Shown here piece by piece: positions 28,608 to 37,302 of a stretch of 54,907 nucleotides of DNA. The position numbers and the translations under genes were made by a program. The stretch lies in the IMG/VR virus record IMGVR_UViG_3300025012_000108, positions 1 through 54,907 of that record. The stretch is one strand, 5' to 3'. A model generated the notes under the pieces. It worked only from the letters and a program-made list of their open reading frames with translations, did no database searches and was not told where the DNA came from. Position 1 is the first letter of the stretch; every line of letters begins with the position of its first letter. The DNA comes from a virus (lineage: Duplodnaviria; Caudoviricetes).

Positions 28608-29946
28608 CCGCAAGTTACCCCCTCAGAGTATCGAAAGTGAAATGTCCCTGTTGGGCGCTGTGTTTGTCAGCCGGGATGCCCTCGATACCATCCACTCCGT
28701 CATGCAGGTAAACGACCTGTACCGGGAGAGCCACCGCAAGATACTTCTGGCAATGACCACCTTGGCAGACAAGGGCGAGCCGGTTGACATTATCACCATG
28801 ACCAACATTCTGAAGGGCCGGGGGGAATTGGAAGAGTGCGGCGGCGGGGCTTACCTCTACACCCTGTCGGATTACGTGCCTATGGCTGAGAACGTCGCGC
28901 ACTACTGCCGGATAGTGGCAGACAAGGCGGCAGACCGTAGCTTAATTTTTCACGCCACCGATGCCGTCAACCTTGCCTACCAGGGGGGCAAAACGGATGA
29001 GGCGATAGCGAAGCTTGAATCAGCCATACAGCCATCCATCGACAAGCAAGGCAATCAGCCAGTGCAGATGAGCGTTTCGCTTCAACAGGCCGTGAGCCGG
29101 ATAGAATTTCGGCACGAGCACAAGGGGCAGATTACTGGCCTCACCTATGGAGTAGACGCTTTGGACCAAGTGACCCTTGGCCTACACCCCGGAGACTTGG
29201 TGATAGTGGCGGGTCGGCCTAGCATGGGTAAGACCGCTTTCCTTCTCAACATCCTAAAAAGTGCTTGCGGGGAAGGTGAGCCGGGGATGTTGTTCAGCCT
29301 AGAGATGAGCAGGCTTGACAACGTAGACCGAATGGCCGCAAGTTACAGCGTCCCTTACCAGCGGATCAGGAGCGGCAGGCTAGAAAATGACGATTGGCCG
29401 AAACTGACTAAGGCTATGGGGAATATGCACGGATGGACTTTTCCAATTGACGACACACCGGCAATCTCATTGCGAGAACTCCGGGCCAAGGCGCGTCGGC
29501 AGAAACGGCAAGGGCTCCGGGTGCTCGGTATCGATTACATGCAGCTTATGGCACTTTCAGATCCAAGGATGAGCCGAGTCCAGGGGTTAGGGGAAATCAG
29601 CCGGGGGCTAAAGCAATTGGCGAAGGAGTTAGATATCACCGTCATTGCCCTTTCCCAACTCAACCGCTCCGTTGACAGTCGGCAGGACAAGCGGCCCGTA
29701 ATGAGCGACCTGAGAGAGTCGGGGGAGATAGAGCAGGATGCAGACGTTATTCTCTTTCCCTACCGCCCCGCTGCATACTGTGACAAATGCCGGGACAAGG
29801 TGGACGATGGCGACCACAACCTGAAAGAGCATCAGGCTAAGGCCGAAATCATCATAGAGAAGCAACGGGCCGGGGAACGCAACCTGAGCATACCGGTGGT
29901 ATGGCTTGGAGAATATCAGAGGTTTGAGTCGCTATGTCCATATTGA
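28597..29946 (+). CDS. dnaB: Replicative DNA helicase
   Basis: PPQSIE.E..LLG; AGRPSMGKT; FSLEM; IDYMQL; LSQLNR; SDLRESG.IEQDAD. Confidence 0.97.
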   Translation: MDCDRKLPPQSIESEMSLLGAVFVSRDALDTIHSVMQVNDLYRESHRKILLAMTTLADKGEPVDIITMTNILKGRGELEECGGGAYLYTLSDYVPMAENVAHYCRIVADKAADRSLIFHATDAVNLAYQGGKTDEAIAKLESAIQPSIDKQGNQPVQMSVSLQQAVSRIEFRHEHKGQITGLTYGVDALDQVTLGLHPGDLVIVAGRPSMGKTAFLLNILKSACGEGEPGMLFSLEMSRLDNVDRMAASYSVPYQRIRSGRLENDDWPKLTKAMGNMHGWTFPIDDTPAISLRELRAKARRQKRQGLRVLGIDYMQLMALSDPRMSRVQGLGEISRGLKQLAKELDITVIALSQLNRSVDSRQDKRPVMSDLRESGEIEQDADVILFPYRPAAYCDKCRDKVDDGDHNLKEHQAKAEIIIEKQRAGERNLSIPVVWLGEYQRFESLCPY

Positions 29947-29995
29947 AAGACGAAGTAACCGCCCACCTCCTAGACACCCCTGAGCAGTTGCAGGA

Positions 29996-30529
29996 GTGCA
30001 TCGAGGCCAAGAGAGCGAAACCGGGGAGGCTCCCGTGAAGCGTACCATCCCGACACCGCCAAACGCATGTGTCATGGGAAAAGAAAAATACTCCCCGGCG
30101 AACGTGACGTGCATTTCCTGCCGCAAACAGGGCGTGGCGTGCCCCTTCCCCTGCGCCGTTCCAGAAAGTCCCGTTAAAAACAATCCTCCGCGTGCGGGCA
30201 AGAAAGAGGGACCGGGCAAGCAGCCCAATAAAACGGAATCAGCCTACGGTCGCCGCCTGGAAATGGAATATCCCGGCTCCCGCGTCCGGTACGAGGCTAT
30301 CACCTTCACCCTAGACAACGGTCACCGGTACACCCCTGACTGGATCGTATTTCATCCAGACGGGAAGATCCTTTGCGTCGAGGTGAAGGCCAAGGGGAAG
30401 AACGGCTTCCGGCATCCGAGCTACCAGCGGGCGCGGTGCATGTTCGACCAGTGCCGGGTAGAGTTGCCGATGTTCGCATGGAGATGGGCTGATAGGTGCG
30501 GGGCTAATTGGGATGTGGCGGATTACTAG
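29996..30529 (+). CDS. PD-(D/E)XK endonuclease (resolvase/DUF1064-like)
   Basis: NKTE..Y; YE...F; YTPDW; VEVK. Confidence 0.7.
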   Translation: MHRGQESETGEAPVKRTIPTPPNACVMGKEKYSPANVTCISCRKQGVACPFPCAVPESPVKNNPPRAGKKEGPGKQPNKTESAYGRRLEMEYPGSRVRYEAITFTLDNGHRYTPDWIVFHPDGKILCVEVKAKGKNGFRHPSYQRARCMFDQCRVELPMFAWRWADRCGANWDVADY

Positions 30530-30585
30530 GCTGTATACCGGGGGGCAAAGCAAAGGCCCCTTTCCTTTCGGATCGGGGCCGGGGG

Positions 30586-32393
30586 CTACTCGGTTTTCTC
30601 CTGCCAAAAGGTATACCCTTCCGGGTCCACGCCAAGCCAGCGGCAATGCTGATAGCAAGAAGTTGACCCGCCTTTGCTGGTATGTTGAAGCAGGTAATCT
30701 TCCACCAGTCGCCAGTTCTGTGTAGCCTTTCTTTTCCTGTGTGAAATCTCGCGCTCCACGTTGCGCATAATCCCAAGCTGGAATTTTGGCGACAACACCT
30801 CTTCAACGTAGAGTGCACTGACCAACTCCGTCATACTCCCTCCTTGTAATGGGCTATTTGCCCTCATAATACCTATTGTTCTGCTGCCACTGTAACACGG
30901 TCAATAGCAAACCCATTTGGTGGATCAGGGATTTCTATTTCGATTTGGTGGAACACTGTCCGCGTAGGATAGTTAACCCCGGTATGTTCCAGTGTTGTTA
31001 TGATATTGCTTTCTGCGTCTGATAGCACGACATGTAATTTGATTTTCACCTTTTATCTCCCCTCGTGATACCTACGCTGCGCCTCTTTCCTCATCCCCGC
31101 CACCTGTTCATCAGTCACCCCTGCCGCTCCGTCTATCTGGCCGCTGAGATGGTAGAGGGTGAAGGTGCCGAGGACGATGAAGGCCAGGGTGAACCAGCCC
31201 ATAAAGCGGGCGCTACGGGGTCTGGTCATCATGGGTGGCCTCCCTTGCAGCGAGTTCAGATCTGATGAAGGCCGCCCAACGGTCAATGCGAGCAAAAGCC
31301 TCTTCATACCCTTCGTCTAGATACCCGCCCTCATCGCAGGGCTTACCCTCTATCCACACCCAAGGACACGTACACCCAAGGCACGGATATTGGGTATCTC
31401 TGCCGTGTGCCTTTTTGAACTGGCACAAGGGGCAAGCTTCCTGCCCGTCATCAAAGGGGTCTGCTGCGTACGCCGTTATCTGATTTTCGCCTGTGTACTT
31501 CCGCCGCAAGTCAGCCAACGCAAGCAACGACTCACGCAGCGTTTCCGTTGAAACATCCTCAAAACGTTTATCCTTGTTCATTCCCCCTCCCTCCTATCCC
31601 TACCTGGTTTACATCCCATCGTAATCCTCCTTAGTCCCCGATAGAGCCATAAGGCACATCATCAAAACCCCCAGGAAAGCGCCGGTAACCAGACCAGCGA
31701 AGAAATACAGCGCGTGGCTGATGGTCATGCAGATACCCCCTGTCGTATGGTCGCCGCTTCTGCCGGGAAATGAAGCGTCATGCAAGGTGGGCAGATAGTC
31801 GCCGTCTCCCCCGTGGCTCCATTCCCCTCTTTCGTTCCCTGGCCCTCCCCGCAGCACATGCACTTGCGCGGCATCGATGTGAGCCGGTGTTCCACGCCAA
31901 CCAAGTCCCGCACAATGGCGAGGGTGTCCGCAAAGAGTTTATCCCGCGCTGCGCGCCCATCGTACCGGGACTGCTGAGAGTTGCAAAGGGCTTCGACAGT
32001 CACGGTCAACGCTGCTGCTAGTTTGTCCTGCATTACTCCCTCCTTGTGGCATTGAAATGGAATGGTCAGGCTACCACTTGTTGCAAGCGGTTATGCCCGC
32101 TATGATGGCAATCAATGTTGCTGCTATAGGGTGGTGGTGCGCTATGGCGACCCCCGCTGATATCGCTAACCCGAGTCCGGTCAGTTCTTGGGCTGTCATG
32201 GCTGTGACGCCGCTCTGAATTGCTGGTGAAAAATGCTGCCGTGGGCAATGTTGGTCAGTCGGTTGGTGTCCAGATAGTCAGCCGCCTCTTTGACTAAGCG
32301 CCTTAACTGCCGCAGTTCGTCTTGAAGTTCCTTTTTGCTGGTCCTCAGATTAGATACCCGCTTTCCAGCGGATTCGCAAACATTATCGCACAT
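30586..32393 (-). other. Block of small leftward early hypothetical CDSs (30586-30867, 31053-31307, 31213-31581, 31609-31728, 31725-32033, 32066-32199, 32196-32393)
   Basis: Closely packed ORFs, most with GGAGG RBS. Confidence 0.6.
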
Positions 32394-32413
32394 CTTTTTT
32401 CCCTCCTTTGGGG

Positions 32414-32530
32414 GTAGTTAAACATCTAAAACCGTTTCGTTTTTCCCTCCACCCCTGCGCCACCATCTCGCCCGGTCACGCTGAAACTCCTTCACCGTTT
32501 ACCCGCTACGTGGCAGGGGATAGGCGCTCA
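32414..32530 (+). repeat. Dispersed repeat family, copy R5, with conserved tail on the minus strand
   Basis: Homologous to R1 and R3 (direct) and R2 (inverted). Confidence 0.75.
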
Positions 32531-32899
32531 AGGGCTGCAATCCCCGCCGCAATGGGTGCAACTGGTGTGGTAATCTGCACAGGATATGAACTTGCCGCAG
32601 TGGGGGCAGTTGAACTTCCGGGTGCGGCGTTTTTCGGGCGGCGTAAGCTTTTCGCCCACATCCTTCAACGCCTCGTCGATGTTAACATACTGGTGGTCAA
32701 CGGCGGGGCGCGTCTTGCTGTCTATGTAGTCTTTGGGCCAAGGTACATCAGTGGGGCGCGACCTGTGTTGGTTAAAAGCGCGTTCCTGAGTGAAGACTTC
32801 GGCCTTGCTTACGTCTGTTGTATACCCGCCGCCGTTGGCCCAAAAGAGCATGTCGTTGCCAACATAACCCCGCTTGTCCTGCAAATAAAAATCCATCAC
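32528..32899 (-). CDS. Hypothetical protein
   Basis: FYLQD.R.YVGND.LFWA..G.GYTTD..KA; C-terminal Zn ribbon. Confidence 0.75.
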   Translation of the reverse strand: MMDFYLQDKRGYVGNDMLFWANGGGYTTDVSKAEVFTQERAFNQHRSRPTDVPWPKDYIDSKTRPAVDHQYVNIDEALKDVGEKLTPPEKRRTRKFNCPHCGKFISCADYHTSCTHCGGDCSP

Positions 32900-33132
32900 T
32901 CCCTCCCCTTTAGCTGTGCGTCACGCTGTGCCTCTTTCCCGCTGAGCGTGCAAATTTTGATAAACTCCGACAGAGAAACTCCTTCCCTTGCCGCCCTCGC
33001 CTTCATCGTATCCCGCTCATGCGCTGTCACCCTTAGGCTGACGATGAACAGCTTGGGACCGTTGGATCCGGGAGGACGGCCAGCGCCGGGACGCTTGCCG
33101 CCTGAACCGTGGCCGCTGCCGTGGCCGCCCAT
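32896..33132 (-). CDS. RHH (MobC-like) DNA-binding protein with GGKRPGAGRP hook
   Basis: VSLRVT..E......A...GVSLSEFI. Confidence 0.65.
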   Translation of the reverse strand: MGGHGSGHGSGGKRPGAGRPPGSNGPKLFIVSLRVTAHERDTMKARAAREGVSLSEFIKICTLSGKEAQRDAQLKGRE

Positions 33133-33897
33133 TATCGATTCACCTTGGGGCGGAGGATGGCACCAGTGAGTTTGGCCACTTCGTATCCGTACCATTTTCC
33201 GTTGGGGTCGCTGACTATACCCTTGGCTACGGCTTCGCCGGATACCGTGTGTTCAATGTAACCGGACGGGGCTACTATGGCCCAATGAGTGAGCGGCACC
33301 ATTCCCTCAGGACAAAGGGTCGCGTCTATCAGTTTCAACGCTTTTTCCGCCCCTGCATCGTTGTTGTATGTTACCCTGTTGCGGAATACGCTGGTTGCGA
33401 CATCAAGGGCCGCTTTGTAACGATCTAACTCCGTGCTCATGTACCCTCCTTATTGCCGAGGTATCCGCCCCGGCTCGGTGTTTTTGGTCTTAGTTGAAGT
33501 TTTTGATTGCAGTCAGTGGAAGGGCAATCTCGCCTCGGCTAGTTGCGCCAGTAGCAGGGTTGTAAGGTTTGAGCTGTGCGGAGTCTTCGCCGCCGATAAC
33601 TCTGAAGCCAAGGATTACAAAGCATCCTGTAACTGCGCCCTTTACTATCTGGTTCACATTGAATCCGTTCATTTTATCCCCCGTTGAAGTTGTTGTGTGA
33701 TGTGCCGTTCTTGGACGGGTTGGTGAGGGTTAGGGCACGTCATCGAATGTGGCGTTAAACCCGATTTTGTCGCAGTAAGCAGCCGCTTGGTTAAAAATCT
33801 GTTCCAGCGTTTCGCCAGTGAATTCTTTGACCTCTGCCGGTTTTTTACCCGCGTCGGCGTCAGCGCAGCTTAACCAGAATTTAAAAGTGCGTTTCAT
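33132..33897 (-). other. Small early hypothetical CDSs (33132-33440, 33490-33672, 33730-33897)
   Basis: RBS-led ORFs downstream of the promoter at 33939-33967. Confidence 0.6.
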
Positions 33898-33938
33898 ATC
33901 ATCCCCTCCTGAGTTGTTTTGTCCTTCACTGTGAATAT

Positions 33939-33967
33939 AGCTTACCACTGCCATTTGATTGCGTCAA
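33939..33967 (-). promoter_or_regulatory. Leftward early promoter with AT-rich UP element
   Basis: TTGACG-17-TAAGCT on the minus strand. Confidence 0.65.
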
Positions 33968-34012
33968 GCGGAATAATCAAAATAATGTAAAATATTTTGC
34001 TGAGGGTTTTTA

Positions 34013-34083
34013 AGTGCCTGCCAGCGACAGGTGCAGGGAGACGGTGGAGCCGTTGCAACGAGACCCTACCTTGATAGCGCCCC
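34013..34083. repeat. Repeat R6, near-duplicate of 35869-35940
   Basis: Shared GCAGGGAGACGGTG.AGCCG and CCCTACCTTGATAGCGCCCC. Confidence 0.85.
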
Positions 34084-34187
34084 GGATTATCTACCTTCAC
34101 GCCCCCACCCCCTGCCGTATGATAGCCGACTCTGCCGGGAAATGCCGCTCCATGCAGGGGGGGCCGCTTTCTCTTCTGCTGTTTTCA

Positions 34188-34439
34188 TCACTCCCTCCCC
34201 TTTAGCTGTGCGTCACATGGCTTGAACCCTGTACCTTCTGTAGGCATCGGCCACCACTCGGTAACTTCATGGTAGCCGCTGAAATGGTCAATCTGCCACT
34301 CACCAAGCTCATGAAAATACCGGCCTACAGCAAGATGTTTCACCCCTTTGGCCTTGACGATGACGTCCACGGATACCCCGGAGGCTGTCTCGTGCGGGTG
34401 AGTCGGTGTTTTGCGCGGCGGGAATCCTTCACCTTTCAT
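34188..34439 (-). CDS. DUF551-like hypothetical protein
   Basis: EVTEWWPMP motif. Confidence 0.6.
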   Translation of the reverse strand: MKGEGFPPRKTPTHPHETASGVSVDVIVKAKGVKHLAVGRYFHELGEWQIDHFSGYHEVTEWWPMPTEGTGFKPCDAQLKGRE

Positions 34440-34451
34440 CTTTTCTCCTCC

Positions 34452-34613
34452 TTACTTGTCGTTACGGAGCTGTGCGTCACGCTGTGCCTCTTTTTCTTCC
34501 AACACCGCTAACGCCTTAGCTACCACCTGTGGCTGTGTAAGTTCCAGTTTAGCGCAGAGCCGGTTAAGCCGGTCTACATGGTGTTGTTTCAGGTTGATGT
34601 GTCGTATTGGCAT
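34452..34613 (-). CDS. Ribbon-helix-helix protein (53 aa), paralog 3
   Basis: MPIRHINLKQHHVDRLNRL...VVAKALAVLEEKEAQRD; translated by hand; AGGAG RBS. Confidence 0.7.
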   Translation of the reverse strand: MPIRHINLKQHHVDRLNRLCAKLELTQPQVVAKALAVLEEKEAQRDAQLRNDK

Positions 34614-34615
34614 GT

Positions 34616-34837
34616 CTACTCCTTTCTGGCAAGTTTCAGATATCCGGTGAGGGGTGGTTCGGTGGGCCGCATATCTGCCACGTTGATGTTGCAGAGACTA
34701 AGCCGGTCTGTCAGCCGGGGGAGGTTGGCATGACTGTACAAAATCAACTTTTGGGACTCTTTGAAGTCATGAGCAAAGTTCCATCCGGTGAATGAATCCA
34801 AAGCTTCTCTCACTGCTTTCTTTGTGACTCGCTTCAT
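34616..34837 (-). CDS. Hypothetical protein
   Basis: ORF within the operon. Confidence 0.55.
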   Translation of the reverse strand: MKRVTKKAVREALDSFTGWNFAHDFKESQKLILYSHANLPRLTDRLSLCNINVADMRPTEPPLTGYLKLARKE

Positions 34838-34840
34838 GTT

Positions 34841-35428
34841 TTACCCCCATTGTTGCGCCATAGCGTCGGCTATCCCCTGAAATGTCCTGCTCCGCTCCTT
34901 CCACCTGTTTGGTCCCGGTGGCATTTTCCACACCCGTTGTTCTCTTTCTTCTGGAGCGGCAGGGGTGAACAAATCTCCGCCGTTGCAATGCGTGGGGATG
35001 AGGGGGCGCAGGTTGTGCAGCCATAGACATGTGGCTTTTGTCTCGCCATGGCCGAACTGCCACGGCTGTATGATCTGGTCCGGCCTGCGTATCCTACTAC
35101 TGATGATGCTGATTGGATTCTCCAGCGCCCAACGAAGAATGTTACAGGCCATCAGTTGCGAGACGAAATCAAGCGCGGCCTGTTGCCGGCCATCGGCTAT
35201 CTTCTCGGGGAAGTGGCGCGAACCACTCACGGCGAGATGGGTGCATGGCGGGTGGAATATGCCTAAGTCCCAATGCCCCCCACGGAGAACGTCAAGTATG
35301 TCGCCTTGGATGTGAAAGGGGCTATCGTCCTCACTCTCCAGCAAGTCGCAGCTCCATGCGTCATGGCCGCGCTTGCGGAAAGCTTCGCGCACCCGCCCGG
35401 AATATTCACAGCCGACAATCACCCTCAT
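34841..35428 (-). CDS. Short phage-type DNA cytosine-C5 methyltransferase
   Basis: V.VGCE.SG; SCDL; HPPCT.L; LENP; QPWQFGH; RSRTFQGIADAMA.QW. Confidence 0.8.
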   Translation of the reverse strand: MRVIVGCEYSGRVREAFRKRGHDAWSCDLLESEDDSPFHIQGDILDVLRGGHWDLGIFHPPCTHLAVSGSRHFPEKIADGRQQAALDFVSQLMACNILRWALENPISIISSRIRRPDQIIQPWQFGHGETKATCLWLHNLRPLIPTHCNGGDLFTPAAPEEREQRVWKMPPGPNRWKERSRTFQGIADAMAQQWG

Positions 35429-35588
35429 AACGGATATCCTTGGACTTTAGCCTTCTCTATCACGTGTTCTACCCCGCATTTTTTGTGCATCTGATGTGGG
35501 ACCCCGTCAATAAATATAGTGTATTTGTGGCCTCCGCGCAGAGGTTTCATACACCTAAAGCAAAGATTTGGAGTGTGAGATTTAGTAA

Positions 35589-35774
35589 TCATTTCAACTC
35601 CATAGACTGTAAGTTAAGGCCAGTCAAGGCATTGTAGGTGCGAACCTTCAGCGCCATGTTGTCGCGCTCATCAAACACCAAAGCTTTCGCCGGTGACTCT
35701 TCAAAAGTGATCTGGCAGTTTTCGCGGCCTATGTAGACATCCGCCGAAGCGTCATGCAGGACAAACCGTTTCAT
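35589..35774 (-). CDS. Small early hypothetical protein
   Basis: GGGGGATGATATG start context shared with 33897. Confidence 0.6.
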   Translation of the reverse strand: MKRFVLHDASADVYIGRENCQITFEESPAKALVFDERDNMALKVRTYNALTGLNLQSMELK

Positions 35775-35803
35775 ATCATCCCCCCTTTGCAATTGTTGAT
35801 ACA

Positions 35804-35832
35804 TTTATAATGCAAAGGTGTTACATTGTCAA
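35804..35832 (-). promoter_or_regulatory. Leftward early promoter
   Basis: TTGACA-17-TATAAA on the minus strand, with an A/T-rich upstream tract. Confidence 0.75.
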
Positions 35833-35868
35833 GAGAGAAATACAAAATTTCTGCGGATGTTTTTTACG

Positions 35869-35940
35869 AGTGTCTGTCAGTGACAGAGGCAGGGAGACGG
35901 TGAAGCCGGTTGCAGCGATTCCCTACCTTGATAGCGCCCC
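35869..35940. repeat. Repeat R7, near-duplicate of 34013-34083
   Basis: See R6. Confidence 0.85.
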
Positions 35941-35970
35941 AAGGGTGCTCTTTCTCCCCATAAGTTTTTG

Positions 35971-36000
35971 TTGACACTCCCCTAATGAAACGAGTATGAT
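35971..36000 (+). promoter_or_regulatory. Rightward promoter at the head of the late operon
   Basis: TTGACA-18-TATGAT. Confidence 0.65.
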
Positions 36001-36009
36001 TACGCGCAA

Positions 36010-36175
36010 CGAGCTGTTAGCGTTCGGGTCATCTGGGGCTAGTGCCCGTTAATGGCCTCATCCGTCAACCCCCAGTGTCGGCATGGACCCTCCACCAGTA
36101 GCCGACCGTCAAGCTTGGATGTGCGTCAGATTCAGGCTGGCACTCGGGAAAGACCGGGAAGAAGTTAACAGCGTT
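36010..36175 (+). ncRNA. Putative structured RNA in the late leader
   Basis: Closing stem GCTGTTAGC/GTTAACAGC; internal CTGGGG/CCCCAG and GTCGGC/GCCGAC; CGG-GAAAGA-CCG loop. Confidence 0.5.
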
Positions 36176-36205
36176 CCCGCTCTGCTTAGGCACCGGGCTT
36201 GTAAG

Positions 36206-36269
36206 ACCCCCTTAGCTCAAAGAGAGCCCCAACGCGTTGGGAGGTGCCGGAGAGTTACCGGTAGGGGCA
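36206..36269 (+). ncRNA. Degenerate tRNA-like cloverleaf (not a functional tRNA)
   Basis: CCCCT-TA-GCTC AAAGA GAGC-CCCAA CGCG TTGGG-AGGT-GCCGG AGAGTTA CCGGT-AGGGG. Confidence 0.6.
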
Positions 36270-36293
36270 GGACATCACACCATAGGAGGGAGT

Positions 36294-36590
36294 ATGAACG
36301 GAAACCAGTTGAACGCTGGATCATGCGTGGAAACGAAGCGGCAAAGAGGGCAGGTTGAGGACCAGATAGAGTCGCTGGACAAGGCACTATACCTGCTGGA
36401 AGAACAGATGACCCGGTTGGAAGGGCGGCTTGCTTGCGTGACAAGGAACACTGACTGTTGCCCCGGCGCTGAGTGCGAGCCCCCTGAGCAGATTCTTGTC
36501 CCGGTGGCTCATCGGGTGAGGGATGCCAATAAGCGTGTGTACTCCGTCAACAACAGGATGGATGAACTGTTCAGCCGCATTGAACTGTAG
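36294..36590 (+). CDS. Coiled-coil hypothetical protein
   Basis: AGGAGGG RBS before MNGNQ. Confidence 0.65.
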   Translation: MNGNQLNAGSCVETKRQRGQVEDQIESLDKALYLLEEQMTRLEGRLACVTRNTDCCPGAECEPPEQILVPVAHRVRDANKRVYSVNNRMDELFSRIEL

Positions 36591-36733
36591 CCTACACCCC
36601 GGACGCCTTTGATACAAGCGCACCAACCGGGGTATAAATCACAGGAGGGGAGAGAAGAGATGACAGACATTCAAAGCATAGCAATGGCAATAGGGGTTAT
36701 TGGTTGCGCGTGGGCCTACGCGTGGATGATGAA

Positions 36734-37060
36734 ATGAACCTATCAGACCGCACCATTAACCCCCTCACCACCCGCCGTGCTGTTTTCCAGCAGCAGGAGA
36801 ACGCGGCGCTCGCCTACTCCATCGACTACACCGCCATGCTCAACGGGGATGCTATCACGGCGTCAACGTGGACATGCAGGGATGCTATCACCATCACCCC
36901 CTCGCTTAACGGCCAGGTAGCAAGCTCCAAGATCAGCGGCAAGGTGGGGAACTACACCATCGTCAACAAAATCACCACCGCATCGGGGCAGACGGATGAA
37001 CGGCTGATAGTGCTGACCATCCGCGCTAACGATGAAGGGGCGCAGAGGGATTATATCTGA
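36734..37060 (+). CDS. Small Ig-like virion-associated protein
   Basis: YSIDY..L.GD.I..S.W...T.SG..DER motif. Confidence 0.6.
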   Translation: MNLSDRTINPLTTRRAVFQQQENAALAYSIDYTAMLNGDAITASTWTCRDAITITPSLNGQVASSKISGKVGNYTIVNKITTASGQTDERLIVLTIRANDEGAQRDYI

Positions 37061-37302
37061 TGGGAGAAGGTGAAGTTCTCAATATCCCTTGTACGCTACA
37101 GAAGGTGGCAACGTTGGCAGCGGGAGGACACCGCCTGACTTTTGATGCGCCAGAGACCGCAGCCCCTCACATCAAGGAACTGATAGGCAGAGAGAATAAC
37201 ACTGTCTTTCTGCTCTGCCTCGTAGAAGCCGACAAGGTGGAGAAACCGGAGAAGCCCGAAAAGTGCCAACCTTTGAAGAAGCACCTGACCTTCAAGAAAT
37301 AG
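37060..37302 (+). CDS. Hypothetical protein
   Basis: Coupled ORF; KVATLAAGG.RLTFD. Confidence 0.6.
   Translation: MGEGEVLNIPCTLQKVATLAAGGHRLTFDAPETAAPHIKELIGRENNTVFLLCLVEADKVEKPEKPEKCQPLKKHLTFKK

Noticed and set aside
16271-35940. Repeat family as a CRISPR array or integron attC array
   Set aside because: Copies are kilobases apart, diverged and in mixed orientation. No cas operon or integron integrase is present, and the 26752 nuclease is a stand-alone phage PD-(D/E)XK protein.
36206-36269. Functional tRNA gene
   Set aside because: It has no 7-nt anticodon loop, no TTC in the T-loop and a short acceptor stem; reported only as tRNA-like.
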